Assembly (NCBI RefSeq): GCF_001194135.2
Contig: NC_068991.1
Location: 47,362,714 to 47,426,713 of the forward strand
DNA length: 64,000 nt
Origin: Octopus bimaculoides
Taxonomy: Eukaryota
Reading direction: 5' to 3'
A model generated the notes under the pieces. That model was given only the letters and a program-made list of their open reading frames with translations. It ran no database searches and was not told where the DNA came from. How positions within the stretch are numbered: the first letter of the stretch is position 1; the number at the start of each line of letters is the position of its first letter. This document shows, one piece after another, positions 12,459 to 25,414 of the stretch. The position numbers and the translations under genes were made by a program.

Positions 12459-13147
12459 TAAGTTTATTGATCTTCACCTCAGAAAAATTAAAAAGTAATG
12501 ATGACACATCAGTATGAATTGAATTGGCAATAGCATGTAGAACATTTAGTTTGCTTCTCCACAGTCTCTACTATCTCATACACAGATTATTACAACATAA
12601 ATAGTTGTGAACTTATGTGATCCCTAAGACATCCACGTTTCCTTCAATTTTTGACACAAAGTTTATATGTTGGAACTGTTTATGCTTGGGCTTTTGAGTT
12701 AGCAGTTGTGATTTCAACAATTAACACGTTTTGATTGGAAGAATGTTTACTTATGACTGTAAGTGATATGGAAAAGTACTAAGGCATCTGTTTGCATATA
12801 AGCAAGACATCTGAGCTGGTGTTTTAATTCAAATCTTCAACTTTTTGTATCAGTTTACTGAAACAGTCAACAGGTTTCATTTACACTTTCTACTTCATAT
12901 CCCCTAATTGTTTTTCATGGTTTTTAAATCTATTCTTTTCATGTTGGCATGAATTGGATGAAACTTGTTGAGGTAATAATCTACAACTGGATGCCTTTAC
13001 CGTTCTCAACCATTGTTTTTCAACAAGCTATGAGACATATTGTTTATGACAGACATAAACAATTGTGCTGTAGTTTAAAGAGTTTCAGTGTGAAGACATG
13101 CAGAAAATACTCACACACATTTATTTGTGCGCATATATATATATAGT

Positions 13148-13490
13148 GATGGCACATGGCTCAGTGGTTAGAGTGTCAGACTCACAACCATGAGGTAGTG
13201 AGTTCGATACCCAGACCAGGCTGTGTGTTGTGTTCTTGAGCAAGACACTTTATTTCACATTGTTCCAGTTCACTCAGCTGTAGAAATGAGTTATGACATC
13301 ACTGATGCTAAGCTGTATTAGTATTTTCCTTTCCTTTGGACAACATTAATGGCATGGAGAAGGGAGAGTGGTATGCATGGGTGACTGCTGGTCTTCCATA
13401 AAACAACCTTACCTGGACTTGTAGCTTGGAGGGGAACTTTCTAGGTGCACTCCCATGATCATTTATGACCAAAGGGGGTCTTTACTTTAT
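13148..13490 (+). mobile_element. tRNA-derived SINE, family A
   Basis: A-box tggctcagtgg, B-box gagttcgatac, central ttcttgagcaagacac...ccagttcactcagctgtagaaatgagt. A homologous, CpG-intact copy is at 61550-62051. Confidence 0.85.
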
Positions 13491-13493
13491 ACC

Positions 13494-13550
<57 letters not shown>

Positions 13551-13799
13551 GAGACATATATATGACAGGCTTCTGGACAGTTTCCAAATACTAAATTTCA
13601 TTCACAAAATATCAGTCAGCTTGAAATTCTGAAAGACAGTTGCCTCAGGTGCAATGCATTATAACAGAACCTGAAACCAAGTGGTTGAGAAATGGATTTC
13701 ATAGCCACACAGTCACAGCACTTTGTCAACTTACGAAAATCTAACTGCAACTTAGATGCACTCAGAAAAATAAAGAAAGTTTTGTTAGGAATGAACAAA

Positions 13800-15850
13800 T
13801 ATTGTTAATTGCAAAAGAAACGATGCCAGTAATTAATGACAAACCTGTCAAAAGTTTAGGACAATGGCATGCTGACTTGTTGTTTGATAAAAGTAGAAGT
13901 GTTGAGATCATGGCACAATGTGAAGATGGATTAAAAGTGATAAGTCATTATAATATAAGCTCTGGTGCCCACAGTTTGTTCTATACCCACCCACTCCCAT
14001 CATGCTTGGTTCTGCTCTTATACAAAATAGTACTGTCAAGAGTAGAGATCATGGAATAAAAAGACAGCATTTATATCAAGAAATGGCTTGGTCTACCTCA
14101 AACAATAAACAGTTCAGTACTGAAAGGATCTCCTCAACTACCTGTAACATCAAAGCTAGAAAGTCACGAGACTAAAGGAGTTTGATGACATAGCAATTCA
14201 AGACAATCTAGAGATCTCTTCAACCACCTATAACATCAATTGTTGAGATATACAAAGCTGGAAAGGTGGGAACAGTCATGATGCTAAGGGAGTTTGATGA
14301 CAGGAATTCAAGACAATCTTCTAGGTGTCCAAACTACAAAAAAAAAAAAAGGGAATGCCAAGAAAGAAACTGATGACATAATTACATCACATGAACATAA
14401 TGGAAACAATTCAAAATGACCAGAAGCTATTGGCTTTAATCCATTTAAACTATTTTTAACTACTCTGAAGAAGCATAGTGACTGTGACTGTATTAAAACA
14501 AGAGAACTACATTTGATTCAATGTTTCCCACAAGGTCAGATGATCAAATGGGAAGAAGAGGTTATCGATAGAAAAGTGGGTTGAAATAAGATCTGGAGAA
14601 GAACATCATAGTTGAACCCTTCTTTCAGATATATATGATGTATCACCATCCCACTGCAATCTGATGAGATGGAAAATAGCAAATGGATGACAAATGTAGA
14701 TATGAAAAAGTTGGCACACTAAAGCATATTCTAACTGCTCAGTGGTGCACGAAAAGTATACATGGAGGCACAATATGATTCTCAAAATGTTAAGAAGCAA
14801 TTGGAAATAATCAATGGCAACAAGAAATCGTAGAATAGTTTTCATTAAAAAGCTATTCATCTTCATCCTAAGGAACACTTGTTCATACTTAAAACAGGTG
14901 AAAGCTGTGAACAATGAGAATTGGGACAGAGTTTGGAAGGTGACAGATCTTTTAGGTGAGCCTCTTTCCAGTACCAACAAAGAAGCTTGATATAACTATC
15001 AGGCATGAAAACCATAAGAAAGTACATCTTGTTGAATTAACCGTTCCACATGAGCTCAATATTTATGCTACTAAGGCATTGAGCTGGCAGAATCATTAGC
15101 ATGCCGGGCAAAATGTTTAGTGTATTTCGACTTTCTTTACATTCTGAGTTCAAATTCTACCTAAGTTAACTTTGTCTTTCATCCTTTCAGGGGCAATAAA
15201 ATAAATACCAGTCAAGTGCTGGGGTCAATGTAATCAACTTATCCTCTATCCTGAAATTGCTGGTCTTGTGCCAAAATTTGAACTCAATGTTTATGCTACT
15301 AAGGTTAGGCAAAATGAGTTTTATGAGATGCTATAAGAAGATCGCAAAGATGTTGGTTGGAGGGCAGTGCACTTCCTTGTATAAATTGGATGTAGAGGTT
15401 TAATGGGAACTGGACTTAAATAGTGGTTATTATCAATTGGTTTGCATCATCAGTAAGTAAACATCATCTTGAAAGAAATCACATTAACAATTGTGAGGGC
15501 CAGTTATGGGATATGACTGAAAGGATGATGAAACCTGATTAAAAAAGTGATATATAGGTGGGAGGCAGGTACCTACTTACCTTTATGGTGAGTCAAGTCT
15601 GTAGGACTCCACAATTTCAATGACGCTGACGATCCAGAGATGAAGGACTTAAGATTGTTTATCAGTCAGTCAATCCAGTATGAAGAGCCTCACATCAGTG
15701 AGTGGGGCCCTGACACACTGTAAAGCCATTGAAACAAAGGCCCTGAAGCAGTGTGCATTCTATCCTGAAGACCCCTGAAGCTTACTAGCATTTGGTATGC
15801 AGAGTTTTCGATTGACAGCACTTGCAAGTCTGTGTTAGGAATGCAGCATA
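13800..15850 (+). mobile_element. Decayed HERO-clade (REL endonuclease) non-LTR retrotransposon, 3' part with probable 3' UTR
   Basis: Remnants PVKSLGQWH, IKKWLGLP, QGQMIKWEEEVIDRKVG, IYDVSPSHCNLMRW, GTLKHIL, YTWRHNMIL, LVELTVPHELNI, GWRAVHFLV*IGCRG, RASYGI*LK. Internal duplication at about 14126-14320. SINE insertion at 15077-15282. Confidence 0.82.
15077..15282 (+). mobile_element. tRNA-derived SINE, family B, with long target-site duplication
   Basis: gagctggcagaatc...gagttcaaattc...tttcatcctttcagggg. Flanked by ctcaat(a/g)tttatgctactaagg at 15055-15076 and 15283-15304. Many other copies, e.g. 6787-6985 (-), 38124-38312 (-), 49150-49550 (+, two), 60355-60540 (-). Confidence 0.88.
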
Positions 15851-18800
15851 TACAAATCAAAACAAATTTTGCAAACAAACACAAAATGTTAATTATAATT
15901 TCTCAAACTATCTAAAATCTATAAGGAAGTCATGAACTGAATTAGTCCTGGAATTTGAACTCAGAAAATAACCAAGTATAAAATGTTTCTACAACTGCAC
16001 TGATTTTGTTAATTATAATTAATGAAATAAAACATTTTCTCCTTGAATAAGTATATTAAAGTTGCAATATTTCCTTGTAATTAGCATTGCTTTGAGATCA
16101 TTTGATAGAACTAAAATAATTGTTTCTGATTTCAGCAAGACAGCAATTTTGGAGGGAGGGTTAGTTAACACCATCAACCCTGAAAGGTAAAGTTGATCTC
16201 AATATGAGAAGAGTCACAATAGATACATTTTGTCCAATGCTTTAACAATTTTGCCAATTTACTATGCCTAATAATTTTCGATATAGGTACAAAGCCAGCA
16301 ATATTGAGAGGATGGGTGCTGACTGAAGCCATCAACCCCAGAACTTAACTGGGGTCGATGGTACTTTATTTTCTCATGAATGGTAAAGTTGATTTTAATG
16401 GGATTTAAGCTCTGAACATAAAGAGCAGGAGCAAACACTATAAAGCATTTTCCCGTAACTTCAACAATTCTACCAGCTCACTGCCCTTGGTTTCTGATTT
16501 AGACACAAAGCCAGCAATTTTGATGGGAGGGAATTAGCCAATGCCATAGTACTTGACTGTTACTTTATTTTTATCAACCTTGAAAGGATGAAAGTTAATG
16601 TTAACTTCAGTAGTTTTTGAACTCAGACCATAAAGAGTTATAACAAATACTGCAAAGCATTTTTGTTTGATGCTGTAATGATTGTTGGCTCACTGCCCAA
16701 TTAAAATAATGAAAATTTTGTATAAGAAACACAGATAAAAATGCATTTTCTTTTTCCTTCAAGAGATTTACTAGGAATTGGTCATAAACATCTCTAAACA
16801 AAATTAAAAAGGACAGAGAAAAAAAAAAAACCAATGGTGTCAAGTTTTTGCTTTTTTAATATATATATAAATGTTCTTTCTCTTTATTTTTGCTAAGATC
16901 TGCAAAGTTTGCCTTATGACATTTAAAAAATTTTATCTGATGTCAAACATACAACAAAAAACAAAAGTGAGGAGATTTTTCTTTGGTTGTTTTGGTCATA
17001 TATGTGTGTGTGTGTGTATGGTTGGTGGGAAGTGAATTTTTTTTGGTGTCCATTGTTATAATATATATATTCTTCATTATTACTAGCATCTTCAGAAAGG
17101 AAAAAATAAAAATTGTTCACACAACAGCAAACACATTTTTTTTTTTATCTACACAATAATTTCAGTTATTATTTTTTAATAGACCTTGTAAACTTTCCTG
17201 CTACACATACACACACAAATAATCAATTTTATAAATGCATATATATATATATAGATTCAATATATATATATATTCAGCAGTAGTTGAAGTGAGGACAATG
17301 AACAACAAAAATAGATTTGATAATATTTCAAACTATATGTATATAATGAACATCCATCTTTTGTTGAAATGATGCTTTCTTTCTATTTAGTGATGATGGT
17401 TTCAAAGTAATCTCTTCCAAGTAAATACATTAACCATTGTTTCCTAAATCCAGCTTAGCTGCAACATATATGACAGCTGCTTCCCCAAAGTGTTTCTTAT
17501 AGAGGCATGAAGCCGAAGATTAACTGAGAAAAAATATGTAAATGTGAATTACTCATGCATTCTCTCCAAGATCATAAGCGGTGAAAGCAGAGAGAAATGG
17601 CTATCAAACTAGGTCATTATGTCAACCCATCAAGAACTCATCTTTATAATATATTTGTCAGCTGTTACCTTCATATTGATTTCTCTGGACAAGGTACATC
17701 ATAAATTTGTGAAGGAATCAAGTTAATTTAATCAAAGAATCTGTTACCCAATAATACACAGTATAGCACTAGAATTTGAAAAGGGACAAAGCAAAACATT
17801 GCCCTAGAACAGATAGTTTAGATCTAAATATTTAAAAGCATTTTACCTGTTACAATTTCTGCCCAATCTCACCCACTCCCTGACTACTACAGTCTGTCAT
17901 TTACTAAACTTGTCTTAAATTTGATGACGATAAGTAAAACATTTTAATCTAATTAGAGAAACATTTGTATTAGCTACTCTAGATTTTAGTTCAACATGAA
18001 AATTTTAAATGTTAATTAGCTGACTAAACTGCCTATGAAATTTTTACTACATCTTACAACAAGTCCAATTTATAATCATTGAAGAATTGTGTATAAATTA
18101 AAATATTTGATTTTAGCTTAAAAAAGTGATTTCTGAATTTAGATACAAAGCCTTAGCAAAGTAGATTTAGGAACCTTTTATTTCCAGGGACACAATTTAT
18201 GACATTTTGAATGTGTGATGTAAAGCAATTAGCATGCCTCTTACCTTGTTGGTCACTTTTTTCAGAAATAATCACAACAATTATTCCAACTACTTAGCTT
18301 TATAAAATATTTGGAAGTAGAATGTAACAAACAATTGACAAGTAATTAGCAATATGTTCACATTTTTCCAGTGTTATCGTTTCAAGTTGATTGGTTGAAA
18401 TGGCACACAATGCCCCTGTATTCCAATTAATAAAAAATATCAAAATGAAAAAAAAACAAACCTATAAACTAAAAACCAAACTGAAGAAAATGAATTTGTT
18501 AGTGATAGGAACATATAGAAATAAACCTAAAGAGCCATTCTTCAGCAATGCAAATAATAATGTTTCATGGTTTAACATCTAGAATACAACACAGATTCAC
18601 TGATCCATCTACCTATCCAAATAAACACATAATTGTAAATCCCAATAATGTGAAATTCTTGTTCATTAAAGGAATGCACATGGCTTATTTCCGTGACAGT
18701 TGTGAACAAAAGCTATCTTTCAAGAGAAAGCTAAAAGTAAGATAGAGAACACACCTCCACTACCATCACACACACACACATCTAAACTTTGTGTGGTAAA

Positions 18801-20417
18801 ACGTTTAGCAGGGACCAGAACTGATTTGCATTTTGGCATATCTAAGCTGAAGTCTGATCCATGTCAGCTGTTGGCAGATGTTTGAGATATTTGTCATATG
18901 GATTGGAGCTGACTTCAGATAAATAACAGGGAGACAAAACAGTTGGGTTTGCTTATCCCTTTTCCAGACGCAAAAGTGAAATAAAATAACTTTGAACAAG
19001 AATCAAAAATATATCATGGATTTAAACAACCAGTTTAAGATTTCTTACTATATGATGCTGGCCGCAAGACAAGATATAAAACAATCAAACCTACTTTATA
19101 TTTTTATGGCTTTCATATTTAAGGAGTAAGAAAATGTGAAATCAGTGATAAGTAGGGATCTAGTACAAAAATCATAACTGTTTCTAACATGAGTACAAAT
19201 TTGAAGGAAGGGGAGTTAGTTAATAAAACTATTTGACCAGTACTTTATTTTATTGGCTACCCCATCCCCATTGAGGAGGGAAAGGTAAAACCAACATCAG
19301 TGGGATTTGAACTCAGAATGTAAAGAGCTGGAACAAACAATTCATAATTCTGCAAACCAACTGTCTTTAATTGCTTCTAACATAGACACAAGGCCACAAA
19401 TTTGAGAAGGCTAGATGATTAAATCAACCCCAGTACTTGCCTGGTACTTTATCAACCCTGGATGGTTGAAAGGCTAAGTTCAACCCAGAAAATTGAATAG
19501 CACAACTAAATACAAGGCATTTTTTCTGACACTAATGATTGTGCCAGTTTTCCACCTCACAAATAATAATAATATTTCTAATATAGGCACAAGACTTGAA
19601 ATTTTAGGGAAGGGAGGGGGGGTTAGTTGATTACATTAACCTCAGTACTTGATAAAAGGCCAAAAATGACCGTGGCAGAATTTGAGTCCAAAATGTAAAG
19701 AGTCAGCTCACTACCTTAATAATAAGTTGGTAAGAACCAACCAGGTTATTTATGGAAATCAATAAATTTGTTTACTTTCTACCATGGCTTTGAAGTATTA
19801 AACTTTTTCATGCAAGAGTAAACAATTGATTTTAAGTTTAGGCAGGGCACAAACATTTATCTAATAACAAACCAGAGATAAGCTATCTTATATATTTAAA
19901 GTACCGTCTTTTTTTAAATATGTGAATACACACATACATTGGATCAGAATCCTCAATGCCTTCTCAGTACAAAGCCTATAGTTGCCCTAAAAATAATTCT
20001 TCTCAATAGCTAAGTAAACTGAATCATAGAGTTAAATGGTTCAGTCTAGAATCACAACAAAATAATTATAATTGAGCGCACATTACAGGAAGTGATTATA
20101 GATCGCAAAAGTGAACAACTTAATAGTATAGCACTTAATCTATCAACCCTTTAATTGTTAGTATGTAAGTAAAATGGACAATAGCATTTTATTAATAACA
20201 TCTAACAGAATCACCATTTTTCAGTCAAGAGGATGTGATATTCATCTGTAAATTGCAACTACTCGTTAGCTATCTACTTTCATGACATGAAACAGTAGCC
20301 CTTGTTGTTAAGGAAAAATATGAACTACACAGCATCACAATCCTATTAACAAGGTTAACTGATCCATTGATAAGTAGAGTTAAGTAGAGGACACAGCACA
20401 CAGCCAATAACAAAATA

Positions 20418-21536
20418 TTGGGTTGTCAGATAAATTTCTTTCTTTCCAAAATTATTTGAATTAACCTGAAAAATATTTTTATTGTAGTGTTTCATAGGCT
20501 TTTTTTTTTGTAGCTGTTCTTCCCCCACATCTTTTGCTTATCATTTTTGAAATTTGAATAAATTTCACCCCTTTTCAGATACATGATAATGGAGTACCAT
20601 GTAGAAAACAAAAAATGAGCATTTTCGACACCTGCTTCTTTTTGCTTTCAATCAAAGTCCAAAGTCACATATTTGTACTCTGTATGAAGGTGCTATTACT
20701 GAAAGAACTGCACAGACATGGTTTGTATACTTCAAGGAGTGGAAATTCAACCTCACAGACTTTCCACATTCCAGCTAACTTCTCCAGCTCAATGAGGATC
20801 AATTGAAGCTCATCCACAAGGATCCCTGCCAATCCAAGAAAAAAATTACCTAACAGATAGGATGCTTTTATGATACTGTTGCCTATCATCTTCACTCAGT
20901 AGGTAAGGTCCCACAACCAGGCTACTTATAGACTTTGCTGCATTGTCACCACTGATGAAAAATGGTGCTTAAACATCAGTATGAAGCAGAGAAAAAAAAT
21001 GGCTGAGTCTCAACAAGCAAGCAACATCTTAAGCCAAACCAGAGCTGCATCCAAGACACTGATCTACATTTGGTGGAACTGAGAAGGGCTAATTCACCAT
21101 GAAATGCTTGAAACAACTAAATGATCAATATAAAACTTTATATTCAGCAAATGCACCAGCTCAACAAGGTAATCCAGATAAATTGACTCAACAAGAATGC
21201 TTCTTCAACATGAAATGCTTGCCTTCATATTCAACCAAAACTGCAATTCAAGAGCCCTACTGGGAAGATCTACCATCCCTACCATATACAGCTCCTTCAG
21301 ATTATCAAATTTTTTTTGGTTACGCTCCAATAGTCTATGAGGTGCTTTGTTCAGCAACAACATGGAGCTGAAAAATGTGGCTCAGTGAACTGAGTCAAGA
21401 CCTGGTGATTTCTACCACCAAGACATTGACAAAATAGTGGGACATTGGCAAAACGTGAACAATGAAAGAGAATATATTATTGACTGATTTAAAATAAGGA
21501 TTAAAATATATGGAAAGAAAAATATCTGACAACCAA
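20418..21536 (+). mobile_element. Decayed mariner transposon (about 1.1 kb)
   Basis: TIRs ttgggttgtcagataaattt / aaatatctgacaaccaa with TA on both sides. Transposase remnants HFRHLLLFAF, VTTDEKW and WEDLPSLPYTAPSDYQIF (YSPDLAPSDY motif), with many stops and frameshifts. Confidence 0.88.
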
Positions 21537-24500
21537 TAAATACAGACTTTTTTTTTGTAATGAACATATAGTATAACATGATTAAACAAAAAATTTTTAT
21601 AAAACTAAACCTCTTTTCAAAGTTAACACTACATTCTGGTACAGCAGTTGAGCAGTTAAGTTGTATACTTCAAAAGTGATACTAACATGAATATCAGTCA
21701 ACCAGTTCTAGCACCTGAAACAAGCACGGATATAATCACACTTCAGAAAAGAACTTAAAAGTATTTGTAGTGGAGCCAAATGCCAAATTTCAGAACATAA
21801 GTAAAATTTGAACTTAGCACTGAACCTGTTGGTTTCTACCATTACATACATAATATTGTTAGAGCTAATGGAGGAGCTACTACATTAGTAGCCAAATCTG
21901 CTTCAAATCACATCCTACCATCTTAAATAGGGAGAAAACACATCAGACATATAGTCCTATATGACCTTAAAAAGGTGGGAGACGCAACTGGAATGTTCAA
22001 TGGGTGTGTTGGACTGCATCTGAAGAACAACCACTCAATGTCATTTGCTTATATAAGCACAAAACATGAGAATTTTAAAAATACAAAGGATGCTATATGA
22101 GTTAGGATGTTCTCAAATGCCTAACTCATATAAAGCTAGAATAGAATGTATTGCCTGTTCCTTTCCCAAACAGAAGGGCTCCACATTACAAAATGCAGTG
22201 GGTGTTAATGTTGGTTCACACTGAACTTACTGCTTGCATCACAACTATGATATTAAACATTTCTTTGGATTAGAAAGCAAGATATATTTTGTTAGAGTAG
22301 TTGAACTCAATGGAAAATGGTCTTTAATATCTTATTAGCATTTACTAAATGAATCCGAGAGAGAAAGATTTAAATGAAGAACAGTGAGGTACCAAACAAT
22401 ATGGCATAAACAATTTAGTGCAATTATCTCATATATAATTTCTTGCATTGAGAAAGGACACAAACTTAGAGGAGAATCATAGGCAATCCAACTGACCCCT
22501 CAGTACATTATCAAATCAACTCAGTAGTATCGGCTCTAAGAACACAGAGAAAAGTAAATACTGTATCCTTTCTGCCACTCTACTTGCCTTTGTGTATAAC
22601 CTAATGATACAGGAATGATAATTTCAATAGCATTTTGAGCTTCAATCTCACAAGAAACTTTTAACTAGACATAAGTTCCTCTCCCTCCTTTTTTTTTTTT
22701 TAAAGAGAAGCAAATACTGAGTTTGAAACCCAACCCAGTCAATCTATCTGCAGGAGACAAGTTGATCTACTTCTCTGGATTTAAAGACAAATTTCTTCAC
22801 AGGATAGGACTTCAGTTCATTATAACACCTGATGAGATCTGACAGCTATTCCTGATGGCAAAATGAAGTGATGCTTGGTAGAATTAAACATCTTGAGACA
22901 AACCAAAATTCCTACAAGAATTCTGAACTTATAAACCATGAACTGAGGGCCACTTTCCACACTATCCTAGTATTTGCTACTTATTTGTACTAATTCTATC
23001 CAACTTTAGTGTGACTTGCATAGAGTAATGACATACTAATATCAAATATCAATAGCATATGTATCTAGTTATCTAATCTTGTTCTACCTGTTTCACCAAA
23101 CTCCATACTAATAACATTGTTTATTTTATTTTAATAAAGAGGACAAGAGGGGAGAGCTAACTGGATTAGTATTGTACAGTCACTTATTAATTCTACAAGA
23201 ATAAAATCTAAGTCAGTTGTGAAGGGATTTAAACTAAGAATGGTAATGCATTTTGTCAAGTGAACAACAAAAATAGGTACCTCTTAGTGCCATACAGAGT
23301 AGGGGGTTGGAAAAAATGCTGCTATGCATTTAGCCTGAAACCCTAACAATTCTGCCAGCTTAACATCTTAATTTGAACTAACTCAATGAATAATATTTAA
23401 TAAGTCTAATTTTTGGCACATGGCTAACAATTTTGAGGGGAGAGAATAGTCGATCACAATGACCCCAATAATCAACTGGTACTTACTTTATCAATCCCGA
23501 AAGGATGAAAAGAAAAGTTGGCCTCCATGGAATTTCAATTCAGAAGAAATGTTCAATATAACATGGTATTTTTGTCCAATGTTCTAATGGTTTCAATATT
23601 AATTTTATCAACCCTGAAGGACGAAATACCAACTCAACCCCAGTAGGATTTGAACTCAGATTTTAAACTACTTAGCCAAATAGCTCAGGCAACTTAATGT
23701 TTCTACTAATCATTTCTAATACAGGAGCAAGTTATGTATTTCAAGGATGGATCTTACTGACGAATGCTTCACAAGTACTTGATTTTGTAACCCCTGAATG
23801 ATGAACTAGAAAGTCAAAACTAATGGTTGGCAACCATGTCATTCTTTACATAAAACAGTAATGTGAATTTGTTTCAACTGTGTACTGAAGCTTCTTCAAG
23901 GCCTTGGTTTGCAAAGACATTACCTCTTTTACTACACACAACATTCACCATTATATAAATAATAAATAAAACTGGCTGATATTTCTTGTGAAATTTTCTT
24001 CTTTACCTTTGTGTGGGCATGTGCATGAGCAGGTGGGTGGGTAGATGCATTTGTGTCAGTACTTGTTACACTTGCAATGCACAAACAATCTCAAATTTCT
24101 ATTAACAGATTATAAATTTATAAAAATAGTTTCTTTCCAAAAGGTATTCCTCACTCCTTCCCACCCCAGATATCTGTTGTTATTATTTCAGTGGTTTTCT
24201 TTTCCAGTGTTTATTGATTCATTTTGAACAGAGTGGTGTTCTCCAAAATCTATTTCAATCACTGCACATTAAAATAAAAATCACAAATAAATAAAATAAA
24301 TAGAATACAATATGATTGATTTTTTTTTCTTTTCTTATGTTGAAAATTCAACAGGTTTGTCTTTTCTTTTTGTTTTACTTTTATTTCATTTTGGGTTTTT
24401 GAGGTGGGTTTCATTCTTTGCATGACCATCTGATATATACAAACACAAATGCACATGTGTATGTGCATATATATGTGCATGTATGTGTGTCCATGTTTAT

Positions 24501-24853
24501 GTATGATTCCATGCAGGAGAGTGTGTGTGTGTGTGTGGATAATAAAGACTGATTAAACTCTTCTAATCTTATCTTTCATGTCTTCAAAGGTGTACTCTCT
24601 CTATTTTTTTTTTTTGCCTTTATAAAATGAACTTGTGAATTCTGTTAGGTTTCAATGCTTCTAATATAATAGTTAAGAAACATTACAAACAACATAACCT
24701 GTGAATTACAATAAAAGTTTAAATATGACACAACCGGAAAATATACCAATTGAAATACAGCAGAAATTTAAACATGAAAGTTGGAAGTTCATGTCCAATC
24801 AATTCTTCATTATCCTAGAAAACAAACTCATCTCAAAAATATAGAAATGTAAT

Positions 24854-24887
<34 letters not shown>

Positions 24888-25069
24888 ACATGTACACGAG
24901 TCTAAGTGTGTGTCGATGGGGGTTTTATATTTCTTGTACAATACTTGCATAGCAATCTCTTTATTTGTATACAAACAACAGACATTCAGTCAAATAATAC
25001 AAAGAGGAAGAGTTTGTGTAGGAGGAAGGAGGTAGACAGAGATGTGTGAATATCCAAGAAAATGACAGG

Positions 25070-25111
<42 letters not shown>

Positions 25112-25414
25112 AATATATGTAGACAGAGAGGGAGAGTGGGTGGGTTAGTAGAAGAGCAACACTGAGATGGAGAAACAAAAGAATAAAGACGTGTGTGTGT
25201 GTGTGTATGAGAAGGGAAAAAAAGAGATACAGAGTAGTAATTTGTACAACCAACAGACAGATAAGAGCATTGAACAGAGAGAGTTAGATGGATAAATGTG
25301 AGAAATACTGAAAGCTTCAACAAACTTTTACATATTTTCTTGTTTTTTTTTTTTTGTTTTTTTTTGCTTTTGATGAAATGAAAATGTTAATAACAACATA
25401 ATTATGTCAACAAT

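Noticed and set aside
15576-15830. Apparent minus-strand exon with cctaacacag| acceptor and AAAG|gtaagt donor; also a plus-strand peptide GLHNFNDADDPEMKDLR
   Set aside because: All three minus frames contain stops, and the segment directly follows the HERO ORF end, so it is best explained as the LINE 3' UTR.
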